DNA of 64,000 bases from contig JBBTSX010000009.1 of assembly GCA_038064535.1 (NCBI GenBank), positions 1,603 through 65,602 of the forward strand. Direction: 5' to 3'. Source of the DNA: Patescibacteria group bacterium. GTDB lineage: Bacteria; Patescibacteriota; Minisyncoccia; Phycocordibacterales; UBA2100. The position numbers and the translations under genes are program-made. Positions 9,385-18,180 of the stretch are shown piece after piece; the stretch's first letter is position 1; each line of letters begins with the position of its first letter. The notes beneath the pieces were generated by a model that was given only the letters and a program-made list of their open reading frames with translations, did not search any database and had not been told where the DNA came from.

Positions 9385-9422
9385 TTCATGTACGCAATAT
9401 AGCAGGGTATAGTGTGTCGTCT

Positions 9423-10145
9423 ATGGCTCCGAAATTGATCGTCTTTGCCTCCGGTACTGCAGAGGGCGGGAGCTCGAGTACGACTCCACTTGGATTTTCT
9501 AAGACGATGCATCGTCAAGAAAATCTCGGCGGAGGCTCGGGATTTGAAAACCTCGTCAAAAGCCCGGACCTCAAGGCCGACATCGTCGCAGTCGTTTCCA
9601 ATCACGAACACGGTGGGGTGCGGGCGAGAGCCGAAAGGCTCAATGTTCCTTTTGTGCATTTTCCCGCACCGTGGGACGCAGAGCACTATGCTAGTGTTTT
9701 GCAAAAGACTGCAATAGGAAACGGGTGGGTCGCGCTCTCGGGTTGGTTCAAATTCGTGCACGGATTGAACCCCGCAAAGACATTCAATGTTCACCCGGCA
9801 TTACTTTCTTTCGACAATGGTCGCTTCGGAGGCAGGGCGATGTTCGGGCCGCGTATGCACGAAGCGGTGCGTGAAGCGTTTGAGCGGGGCGAGATCACCG
9901 AAAGCGGTTGCACCATGCATTTCGTTACCGACGAGTACGACCGCGGCCCCGCATTTTTCGAATATCGCGTACCCCTATCAAAAGGTATGGTGCCCGACGA
10001 CATTGCACAAGCTGTGAACAACGTGAAACACGAGTGGCAGCCGCGCATTACCAACATGGTCGTGCACGGCGAAATATCGTGGGACGGCAAAAACCCGCAA
10101 ACGCTGAAAGTGCCCGCGGGTTACGAATACTTCCCGAAACTCTGA
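9423..10145 (+). CDS. purN: Phosphoribosylglycinamide formyltransferase (PurN-like) with a ~21-aa insertion
   Basis: LIVFASG, NVHPALL, SGCTMHFVTDEYDRGP. Start moved from the ORF-track TTG to the ATG at 9423. Confidence 0.8.
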   Translation: MAPKLIVFASGTAEGGSSSTTPLGFSKTMHRQENLGGGSGFENLVKSPDLKADIVAVVSNHEHGGVRARAERLNVPFVHFPAPWDAEHYASVLQKTAIGNGWVALSGWFKFVHGLNPAKTFNVHPALLSFDNGRFGGRAMFGPRMHEAVREAFERGEITESGCTMHFVTDEYDRGPAFFEYRVPLSKGMVPDDIAQAVNNVKHEWQPRITNMVVHGEISWDGKNPQTLKVPAGYEYFPKL

Positions 10146-10167
10146 AATTGGCTACAATGCGCACCAC

Positions 10168-10249
10168 GGGCATGTGGCGGAACTGGTATACGCGTACGAT
10201 TCAGAATCGTATTCCGCAAGGATTGGGAGTTCGAGTCTCCCCATGCCCA
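10168..10249 (+). tRNA. tRNA-Leu(CAG)
   Basis: Acceptor stem GGGCATG/CATGCCC, anticodon arm TACGA-TTCAGAA-TCGTA, long variable arm TCC-GCAA-GGA, T arm GGGAG-TTCGAGT-CTCCC. Confidence 0.96.
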
Positions 10250-10251
10250 CT

Positions 10252-10971
10252 GTGAAAGTAACACCGGTCAAAACAGGGGTTTTTAAGGAACGCGAAAACC
10301 TCGCGGCTTTTGTGGCGCGTTATATACCGAAGCTTCAGAATGGTTCGATACTCGTTGTCACGTCGAAAATCGTCGCGCTTGCGGAAGGCTCCGTCGTAGC
10401 GGCTACGACGCCGCGCGCGAAGGATGCGCTTATCCGCGCAGAGAGCGATTGGCAACTTCAGGCGAAGGGCGGAAAAATAACTCTCAAAGACGGGTTGTTG
10501 ATGTGGAATGCGGGTATTGATGAGTCGAATGCAAAAGGCAACGTCATCCTCCTGCCAAAAGATAGTTTCAAAGCCGCCGCACGGTTGCGAAAAGCGCTCA
10601 TGCGACAGTTCCATATAAGGAACTGCGGCGTAATAATTTCTGACAGCCGTGTGATGCTGCTACGCGCAGGCGTCGTCGGCATTGCGCTCGGTTACGCCGG
10701 ATTCAAGGGTGTGCGTGATTACCGGGGCCAAAAAGATATGTTCGGTCGCAAACTCAAATTCACACAGACCGATATTGCAGATTCACTCGCGACCGCCGCG
10801 GCGCTCGTCATGGGAGAGGGGAGCGAGCAGCAGCCGCTATGCGTCATCGAAGACGCGCCGGTTGAGTTCGTCAATCGCGTCAACAAAAAGGAGCTTTTGA
10901 TACCGATGAAAGACGACATGTATGCGCCGCTGTTCGGGCGTGTTGTCCGAAGTCGCCGCACGAAAAACTAG
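10252..10971 (+). CDS. CofE-like gamma-glutamyl ligase (F420-0:L-glutamate ligase family)
   Basis: LVVTSKIVALAEG, NAGIDESN, GVIISDS, MGEG motifs. The real start is probably the GTG at 10252, because the ORF-track start lies inside the tRNA. Confidence 0.85.
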   Translation: MKVTPVKTGVFKERENLAAFVARYIPKLQNGSILVVTSKIVALAEGSVVAATTPRAKDALIRAESDWQLQAKGGKITLKDGLLMWNAGIDESNAKGNVILLPKDSFKAAARLRKALMRQFHIRNCGVIISDSRVMLLRAGVVGIALGYAGFKGVRDYRGQKDMFGRKLKFTQTDIADSLATAAALVMGEGSEQQPLCVIEDAPVEFVNRVNKKELLIPMKDDMYAPLFGRVVRSRRTKN

Positions 10972-12587
10972 ATTCCCAGTTTCTTTCGGTACTTGAACCC
11001 AAGCGCGGCGAGGAGAATCAAAAAGGGTACGAGAAGCGTGTATTGCCACGGGTCCGTTGAGTTCACGCTCAGTACCGCGCTCGCCGCTTGTGCATCGGAA
11101 GAGGTGGCGGGGGAACCTGTAGCGGATGACTCGTTAATCGGAGTTTGCGGATTCTCATTGTCTGGAGCGTGTGCTGGAGCCGGTGCCTGAGCCGCGTTCA
11201 CTGCGGGGGATTCAGGCGTGGACGTTGCTGTTTCGGCAGTCGAAGTGGCCGCCGGCGCTGAGGTTGCAGAGGTTGTAACGGGCAGGGGCTTCGCAAATGA
11301 AGAGAGCAGGCTGTCCCACGTCGCACGTCTGATCCCCGGAATGGCATACGCGGTCGCCCACACACGGTCAGCGGTCGACGACGCATGTACGCCGCCGTCG
11401 CTGTCCTGAAGGGTTGCAAGGTAGTAATCGGGTGTGTAGCTGTCCTGTTGCCAATCGGTCGCGGTGCCGTTCATGGCGGCGATTGCCTGAAGCATCCAGC
11501 TTGAGGAATATGGGTCTCCGAAACTGCCGTCCTCGAGTTGCTTGTCGCGCAGGTACCCCGTAGCCTTGCTTATCGCATAGCGCACGTTGCCGCTATCCGG
11601 CATGAGCCTGAGGGCTTGAATAGCGGCGGCAGTGAGGTCGACACTGTCATTCCACAGACCGCTGGTTCCTTGCCTCGAAAGAATGAACGCAGTGGTCGAT
11701 GCGATAACAGGGTCGTTTTTTTCATATCCGGCATGGAGGAGCGGAAAGATTGCGAAGATGTCGTCGTTGACGAGCGACGGGTCGCCGAACTGTGTTCCGT
11801 CGAACGAACGTATAATCGGTTCGATGTAATCAACCGGCGTGCCCGAGTACGGATTTATCCCGAGCGCCTCGAGCGCCATCGCGTGGCGTTCATTCTCCGT
11901 GACGACCGTCGATATCACGGGGTGCGCTGTTTCGTATGCCGTGAGTTTTGCGCGCAACGTCGGGGATTCGCCGACCGCCGACGCAATCGCGACCCAGTCA
12001 TTGAGCATGGGCGACCCGAAAGAGCCGTCGGAATTTTGCACGCTCTCCAGATATTCGAATGCGGCCGGCACGTCGAAGGGCGGATGCATCCAAATGCCGC
12101 CGCTCCCGCCGCCTGCAGTTGTCGCGGCAGGCGGGCTTATCAGCGTGCCGATTTTGAATAGTACGGGAGAGCCGATTGTCGAGTTGTCGGTCCAATCCGT
12201 GAGCTGGAAGCTGAGCTGGTCGCCGCTCACGATAGTCATGGTGCTTAGGCCGGCATCGGAATATGCACCGTTTTTGTAGAGTGCCCAGTATTGGGTTGCC
12301 GAAGGCGCTGTGCCGTTGAGAGTCTGCACGTAAAAGCCGAACGTGTTGTCGTAGGTGAGTTGATACGAGCTTACGGCACCCTGCTCCTGTGCGGCGACCA
12401 GCGCGCAAATACCGAGGAACTGCGAGGTCGAATAAGTATGTGCGGTGCCGCCGCTGTCAGACGCGGTGCAGTGGTCGGCCACATTGACGGATAGTATCGG
12501 AGGAGGAGGCGGTGGCAGTACATCTGCGAGGGAGGCAGGGGGGAGGGCGAATAAAAGAGCGATTCCTATGCGCGCGAACGTTTTCAT
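10968..12587 (-). CDS. Surface-anchored transcobalamin-like protein (DUF4430 domain plus prenyltransferase/squalene-cyclase-type alpha-barrel repeats)
   Basis: Signal peptide; FYVQTLNG...YWALYKNGAYSDAG...SGDQL (DUF4430-like); repeats YLESVQNSDGSFG, YLRDKQLEDGSFG, YLATLQDSDGG; Thr/Ala/Pro stalk; C-terminal TM and basic tail. Confidence 0.8.
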   Translation of the reverse strand: MKTFARIGIALLFALPPASLADVLPPPPPPILSVNVADHCTASDSGGTAHTYSTSQFLGICALVAAQEQGAVSSYQLTYDNTFGFYVQTLNGTAPSATQYWALYKNGAYSDAGLSTMTIVSGDQLSFQLTDWTDNSTIGSPVLFKIGTLISPPAATTAGGGSGGIWMHPPFDVPAAFEYLESVQNSDGSFGSPMLNDWVAIASAVGESPTLRAKLTAYETAHPVISTVVTENERHAMALEALGINPYSGTPVDYIEPIIRSFDGTQFGDPSLVNDDIFAIFPLLHAGYEKNDPVIASTTAFILSRQGTSGLWNDSVDLTAAAIQALRLMPDSGNVRYAISKATGYLRDKQLEDGSFGDPYSSSWMLQAIAAMNGTATDWQQDSYTPDYYLATLQDSDGGVHASSTADRVWATAYAIPGIRRATWDSLLSSFAKPLPVTTSATSAPAATSTAETATSTPESPAVNAAQAPAPAHAPDNENPQTPINESSATGSPATSSDAQAASAVLSVNSTDPWQYTLLVPFLILLAALGFKYRKKLGI

Positions 12588-12611
12588 ACGGGTAACTGAT
12601 TAGAAATACTA

Positions 12612-13097
12612 TTAATAACTCTTTTCATAGCGCCACTCGACAGTGTCGCCGGCATGAATGGTCGCGTTTGAGGCTCCGAGGTCGGAAGATTTCCCGTTGA
12701 TATACAAAATCCAATACGCTCCGTCGCCGTTCTTTTTGCCGTTGATTGATTCGACGAAGAACCCGAGCGACGGATATTCTTTTCCCGTAAATTTGAAGTC
12801 GGTCGTAGATGCGAGGCTACGCATGAGTGCGAGGACGCTCTCGTTTGACGCGATGTATGTGCCATATATCCGGTCGCCGGCCTTGAACGTAACGTTATTT
12901 GCGGGAGATGGTGCCGCGGAGGTCTGTGATATTGAGGCGGGTGCGTGTCGCGGGGCAGTCTGCGCCGGTTCGGTCGTTGTAGCGACGAGCGGAGTCGCCG
13001 CCGCGCCCCCCGGTTCTGTGTATCCGGTGCGGGACACGGCGAAAATCGCCGCGACCAGCATGATGAGTATTCCGATGGTGATGTAATTTCTTTTCAT
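12612..13097 (-). CDS. Membrane-anchored DUF4430 domain protein (putative cobalamin binding)
   Basis: N-terminal TM and linker, then LGFFVESING...YWILYINGKSSDLGAS...GDTVEWRYE. Confidence 0.88.
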   Translation of the reverse strand: MKRNYITIGILIMLVAAIFAVSRTGYTEPGGAAATPLVATTTEPAQTAPRHAPASISQTSAAPSPANNVTFKAGDRIYGTYIASNESVLALMRSLASTTDFKFTGKEYPSLGFFVESINGKKNGDGAYWILYINGKSSDLGASNATIHAGDTVEWRYEKSY

Positions 13098-13118
13098 GTC
13101 ATAACAAAAATGTTTTGC

Positions 13119-14399
13119 CTATCGTAGCCCGCGCTTGATCGTCTCCTCGATAAGCATTCGCGGCCATCCGTAGGCGAGACGATTCAGCGTCACCACTTTG
13201 TCTTTCATTGGTCCCATTTCCGGTACCGATTCAGGCGGCAGGCTTGCGCCCGAAAATGGCGGACTCGTCTTCCCGTCAATCATGAGCTTGATGTAAAAAT
13301 TAAACCGCGGCAATCCCATGAAATCGGCCTCGGTTATCGGTGCGAACTCTTGGGCAAGAATCTTGGCGTCTTCCGCGCCAACCTCAAAAGAAACGAGAGT
13401 TCCGACATTGCCAAGGACGCTGTCACGGATCTCATCCGGCAACTGCGACAGGTATTGGTTAGTGAGGTGTACCCCTAGTCCGTATTTGCGCGATTCGCTG
13501 AGCAGGCTGATAAAAGTGTCGGTCGCGAAGTTCTGGAATTCGTCGACATAGAGGTAAAAGGGAGTCCGGTGTGTACTCTCTCGATTCGCGCGCTTGAGTA
13601 CCGCAACCTGTAATTTTGATATCAAGATCAACCCGAGCATATGCGCGTTCAGCTCACCGACCTTACCCTTCGACAGGTTCGCAAGCACAATGCTTTTGCC
13701 GTCCATGAGTGCGTCGAAGCTGAAGCTACTCGTGCGTTGACCCATGATGTTGCGCATCATCGCGTTGTTGAGAAACGGTCCGAATTTGGACATGAAGTAG
13801 TTGAGCATTTCGCTCTTGTGGAAGTCCGATGTTCTCGTCATTTGCTTGGCCCAGAAATCGATTACGAGCGGATCAGTCAGCTGCGCCCTCTTTTTCTTCT
13901 CGAATTCACGGTCAACGAACAGCCGCGGAATTTCCAGTATGTTCCCGCCGTCGGGCCCCGCCATGACCGTGAGCGCGGCATTGCGCAGCCAGTGCTCGAA
14001 TTGCGGGCCTATAACGCCGGTCTTTTTTGGGTCGAACAGTTTATAGAAGATCTGGATGCACTCGTTGACGAGGAAGTCTTTCTCAAATTCATCCCGCGCT
14101 TCCAGTATATTCAGTCCGAACGGGAACTCCGTATCACTCGGGTCAAAGAGTACAACATCTTTCAGTCGGTTGCTCGGGATGTGTTCCAAGAGCCAGTCGA
14201 TGGATTCTCCATGCGGATCGACGTAGCATACGCCGTGTCCATTCTTAATATCCTGCAGGCACATGTTCTGAAAGACGGTCGATTTTCCGACGCCAGTTTT
14301 CCCGATCATATACATGTGTCGCAGCCGGTCATCCGGCATATAACCGATGAGCTTTTTGCGGTCGCGCGTTTCGTGTACGCCTATATATACATTTGCCAT
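13119..14399 (-). CDS. VirD4/TraG-like (HerA-FtsK superfamily) ATPase without TM anchor
   Basis: RHMYMIGKTGVGKS (Walker A), VDPHG, FYLYVDEFQNF (Walker B), SESRKYG, NQY. Confidence 0.9.
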   Translation of the reverse strand: MANVYIGVHETRDRKKLIGYMPDDRLRHMYMIGKTGVGKSTVFQNMCLQDIKNGHGVCYVDPHGESIDWLLEHIPSNRLKDVVLFDPSDTEFPFGLNILEARDEFEKDFLVNECIQIFYKLFDPKKTGVIGPQFEHWLRNAALTVMAGPDGGNILEIPRLFVDREFEKKKRAQLTDPLVIDFWAKQMTRTSDFHKSEMLNYFMSKFGPFLNNAMMRNIMGQRTSSFSFDALMDGKSIVLANLSKGKVGELNAHMLGLILISKLQVAVLKRANRESTHRTPFYLYVDEFQNFATDTFISLLSESRKYGLGVHLTNQYLSQLPDEIRDSVLGNVGTLVSFEVGAEDAKILAQEFAPITEADFMGLPRFNFYIKLMIDGKTSPPFSGASLPPESVPEMGPMKDKVVTLNRLAYGWPRMLIEETIKRGLR

Positions 14400-14403
14400 A
14401 GTG

Positions 14404-14724
14404 TTAAAAGATATCGGTGTCGAGCGGTTTTTTGACGAAATACTCGGTCTTGAGGGTCATGTGTAGTTTCTTGCGCGCATTCGCGGCCCGCGTCTCCGCT
14501 TCGATGTGTATCAGCAATACATCACGCTCGTACTGTATTTTCGTGCGGAGCGCTTCATAGAGGGGCGCACTGATGTCGGTTTCTAGAGAGGACAGCATTG
14601 TTTTGCGCAATTCGCACACCTCTTCCATCTGGATGTACGTCGGGTGCACCTCTGCCAATGTTTCCTGTGTCTCTTCACGAGAAGCAGTGCCCGGATAGCG
14701 TAGATGCTCGTTGGTTCGCGTCAT
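14404..14724 (-). CDS. Hypothetical protein (~106 aa)
   Basis: Its ATG overlaps the Clp stop (ATGA), and its stop lies 4 nt before the next start, consistent with translational coupling. Confidence 0.7.
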   Translation of the reverse strand: MTRTNEHLRYPGTASREETQETLAEVHPTYIQMEEVCELRKTMLSSLETDISAPLYEALRTKIQYERDVLLIHIEAETRAANARKKLHMTLKTEYFVKKPLDTDIF

Positions 14725-16385
14725 ACAGAGGGAGAGTGTGTTAGCAATGACTGCGCGAGCAAGGTCTCGCACGTCTCTTCGATGAATCTCTTCACCGGCC
14801 GTGCCCCGAAACGCGGGTCCGATATGCGCTGCACCTGATCTTTCAGGACGCCGGGTTCGATCTCGAATTGCACACGGTGTTTTGCAAGCCGTCTTTCTAT
14901 TTTCTTGACCTCAAGCTGCGCAATCCGTATGAGGCTCGGTACGCCGAGCGGTTTGAATATCAGTATGCTGTCGAAGCGATTGAGGAATTCAAGGCGGAAT
15001 GTCTGCGCGAGGATGGGCATGATTTTCTCGGCGATGAACGATTCATCGTCGATATCACCGGCAGTGTAGGCCTCGAGAATGTGTGCGACGGCGACGTTCG
15101 AGGTCGCCATAATAATCGCATCGCGCGCGTCAACGGTATCGTTCTGTCCCGACGTCAGGCGTCCGTCGTCGAGCACCTGGAGAAAAATATCGAACACTTT
15201 TGGATGAGCTTTCTCTATTTCGTCGAGTAAGATAAGCGAGTGAGGCTCTTTGCGGAGTGCGTTGGTGAGCGCGCCGCCCTCTTCGTACCCGATATATCCG
15301 GCCGGCGCGCCGATGAGACGTTGTACAGTATGATCCTGCTGGAACTCCGACATATCAAAACGCATGAAGCGCTCGCTCGTACCGAACATAATCTCCGCGA
15401 CGCATTTCGCAGTTTCAGTCTTTCCGACACCGGATGGCCCGAGGAGGAGGAATGAGCCGAGCGGCCGGCGGGGGTCTCGTAGCCCGAGCTTCGCGCGCTG
15501 CAGACTTCGCGTGATTTTCGCGATTGCCGCCTCCTGACCGATCACGCGTTCGTTCAATTGCTGTTCGAGCGCACGTACGCCCTGCAGCTCATCTTCGCTC
15601 AGGCGCGCGCGCGGTACGCCTGTCTTGGCCTCGACGACGGTGGCGACCGTCTCATGCGAGAGTATTCTGCGGTTCGTCGAAGCAGAGAGTGAGATACTCT
15701 CATCGAGTAAGCGGATTGCCGAGCGCGGCAATTGGCCGAGCGTCGGGAATCGCTCCGCATACGCGACGATATCTTTCAGGATGTCCTCCGGGATGATGAT
15801 GCGGTGCCGGGCATTGAGCGTTGATACCGATGCGCGCGCAATGCGAACGCATTCGAACGATGTTTGATTCTTCAGGGCGATTGTCTCGAAGGCATTCAGG
15901 AACGAAGAGTGCTCTCGTTCGAGCCATGCGTGCTCATGGGGCGCGAGCGTGAGCACGACGTGTACGTCGGGTCGCCTCAGGATCTGCTTGTAGACACGAT
16001 GGATACGCTGCAAAAGCGGGCTGTTTTGATGCACCTCGTGACCAAAATCGTCGATGAAAAGAATGCACGGGGGAAGATGCGATAGTGCTTCTTGGAACCG
16101 ATCTTCAAGACCGCCGTTGTCATTGAGTGTGTGGAGATGTTCGACACTTATCTGGAGAAGTGCGAGCTGTTTGTTGCGCGCGCGGCTCGCCATGGCGCGC
16201 ATCCAGCCGTATACCATGGTGGACTTTCCGACACCGGCGGGCCCCACAATAACGGCATTGTTGCTGATGCGGCGATCGATCACGCGATCGAGTCGCGCCG
16301 TTTCGTCGCGCCGGCCGATGACGCGCGGGAGCCGACCCGCTACCTCGCGGAGGTCGTAGTATTCGATTTTTTCAGACATTTTCAT
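14721..16385 (-). CDS. ClpA/ClpB-family double AAA+ ATPase lacking the N-terminal repeat and middle domains
   Basis: VIGRRDE; NBD1 GPAGVGKS with ILFIDDF; NBD2 GPSGVGKTE, RLIGAPAGYIGY, ILLDEIEKAH, LQVLDDGRLT, GARP. Confidence 0.92.
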   Translation of the reverse strand: MKMSEKIEYYDLREVAGRLPRVIGRRDETARLDRVIDRRISNNAVIVGPAGVGKSTMVYGWMRAMASRARNKQLALLQISVEHLHTLNDNGGLEDRFQEALSHLPPCILFIDDFGHEVHQNSPLLQRIHRVYKQILRRPDVHVVLTLAPHEHAWLEREHSSFLNAFETIALKNQTSFECVRIARASVSTLNARHRIIIPEDILKDIVAYAERFPTLGQLPRSAIRLLDESISLSASTNRRILSHETVATVVEAKTGVPRARLSEDELQGVRALEQQLNERVIGQEAAIAKITRSLQRAKLGLRDPRRPLGSFLLLGPSGVGKTETAKCVAEIMFGTSERFMRFDMSEFQQDHTVQRLIGAPAGYIGYEEGGALTNALRKEPHSLILLDEIEKAHPKVFDIFLQVLDDGRLTSGQNDTVDARDAIIMATSNVAVAHILEAYTAGDIDDESFIAEKIMPILAQTFRLEFLNRFDSILIFKPLGVPSLIRIAQLEVKKIERRLAKHRVQFEIEPGVLKDQVQRISDPRFGARPVKRFIEETCETLLAQSLLTHSPSV

Positions 16386-16401
16386 ACTAAGAAGTCTTTA
16401 T

Positions 16402-18039
16402 TTACGCGGCCCGGCGGAGTGTAATACCATTGAGCTTGTGTGTCCGCTCCGCGCGAGTCGGGTCGCTATCGGTGTTTGGCGGTGGGGACGTGCGGAGCTT
16501 TGACAATGCTTCGGCATACCTGCGTTGGAGGAAAGGCGATACCGGCTGCTCTGCGGCCGCCACAATGCGCGGTCGTTCGACTCGCGGCTCCCGATCGCGC
16601 AGTACCTGTCGCAGAGGCGGTCCGGACTCTCGAGCGTCTGCGCGCGCGGGTTTCTCAGGCGTCTCGCGCACACTCGGGGCAGCTGTATCCGGAGTCGGTG
16701 CAGATTCGATCATGTCCTTGGGACCGTGTGGCCGTGCGTCGCGCTCCAATGGTTCGCTCTGCATATCTGACAGTGTGAGCAGTTCCTCTTTCAAGAATTG
16801 CTCGAGCGAAGCGATATGAACAATGGAGTCGTTGTGCGCCGGCTGCGCCAACTCGTGTATCTCCGATGTGAGGATGCCCGCCGCTTCTGATGTCGTCGGA
16901 GCAATGGACTCGACGCTGGTCGCGTCGATAGGCTCTTCACGTAGCGACTCCCGCGTGGCCGCGATATCAACAGCGAGGGTCTCGTCCGGCGTCCCGATAA
17001 CGGCAAAAAGATTTGCCTCGTGGAGCAGCTGGGTGACAGGCGACTCGGTGCGCTCACGTTGATATGGATCAATCGATGTTCGCTCGAGATTTTCGGAGTG
17101 ACGCCCAGACTCGATTTCTGTTGCCTTGTGGCGCGGCTCGTTTACGTGTTCGGGAACCGGGTGCCACTGTTCTGAGAATTGCGTTCGCACGTCTGAGAGG
17201 GTGGTGTGCTCCTGCGTTACAGACACGGGTGCCGCGACGCTCTCTCTGGAGGGCTCGTCTACGGATGTATGCAATATCCCATCTGACATATCGATTCCGG
17301 AGGCGTGCATGACGCCCGCTGCCTCGACACGGGACACATCGGTATGCAATGTCTCAGAAGTGCCGTTCGCCCCGCCCGTTGATTCTGCCGCTCGTGCGTA
17401 GGCGATTGCCGCGGCCTCTGCCGACAATGTGTCGTTCATGTGTTCTGTGGCTGGCTCTGGATGTTCTACAAAACGACCTCGTGTCTCTTGGTCGTGAGAA
17501 ACCTCGTGCTCGCGAGGCTCGATTTCCTCGGCTTTTCGCGGAACGAAAATCTCCCTGATCTCATACCGCACATTCTTGTCAGGGCCGAGTATAAGGACGG
17601 TGACGGATAGCCTTTCTCCGTCTGGCGTCGTTTCCTTGTGGTCGGGGAGCTGAAATATATGGTCCTTGTCTTGGTTTTCCTGCATCGCTTCGTTCCATTT
17701 CTGGACCATTTCCTGATGGACGAGCTCGTGCTCGGGGCTTCGTTCAACAGTGCCCCAATATGATTCCCCCGTTTGCGGATTAAATATCTCCTTGCCGTCA
17801 AAGACATACCCCTCGCCGCTGTATCGTAGTTCCCAATCCTCGGGCCTCGTACCGCCGATGTACTCGGTCAAGTGATGTGCAACCGGATCGATCGGGGCGG
17901 CCTCTTCCGACGGCCCGCTGTCGAACTGTGGTTGCGGGGTAGCCTCCGCATACGCAGGGGCCGGTTCGTATTCATCGTGCACTTCGAAATCACCGAGTTG
18001 CTCCTCGGTCTCGATAAATTCGTCGGTCTCTGTCGACAT
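16402..18039 (-). CDS. Large acidic, low-complexity hypothetical protein with a basic C-terminal tail
   Basis: 545-aa ORF rich in E/T/P/A/H; ends NGITLRRAA; 16 nt upstream of the Clp gene. Confidence 0.75.
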   Translation of the reverse strand: MSTETDEFIETEEQLGDFEVHDEYEPAPAYAEATPQPQFDSGPSEEAAPIDPVAHHLTEYIGGTRPEDWELRYSGEGYVFDGKEIFNPQTGESYWGTVERSPEHELVHQEMVQKWNEAMQENQDKDHIFQLPDHKETTPDGERLSVTVLILGPDKNVRYEIREIFVPRKAEEIEPREHEVSHDQETRGRFVEHPEPATEHMNDTLSAEAAAIAYARAAESTGGANGTSETLHTDVSRVEAAGVMHASGIDMSDGILHTSVDEPSRESVAAPVSVTQEHTTLSDVRTQFSEQWHPVPEHVNEPRHKATEIESGRHSENLERTSIDPYQRERTESPVTQLLHEANLFAVIGTPDETLAVDIAATRESLREEPIDATSVESIAPTTSEAAGILTSEIHELAQPAHNDSIVHIASLEQFLKEELLTLSDMQSEPLERDARPHGPKDMIESAPTPDTAAPSVRETPEKPARADARESGPPLRQVLRDREPRVERPRIVAAAEQPVSPFLQRRYAEALSKLRTSPPPNTDSDPTRAERTHKLNGITLRRAA

Positions 18040-18180
18040 ATTCTTTCGTTCCCATTCTTGTACGGAATGGACGCACGCACCGAAAACTCCCGGTTCGTGC
18101 CGGGGTCATAAATTACCTGCGAGGTGAAGACCTCTCAGAAGTGACTTGGCGCGAGCCGGATGTAGCCCCAGACAGAGGGG

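Noticed and set aside
10174-10251. N-terminal extension of the CofE-like ORF
   Set aside because: It is a translation of tRNA-Leu; the GTG at 10252 is the plausible start.
10968-12587. Squalene-hopene cyclase or prenyltransferase enzyme
   Set aside because: It has a signal peptide, stalk, C-terminal anchor and DUF4430 domain, and lacks a DXDD catalytic motif; a binding role fits better.
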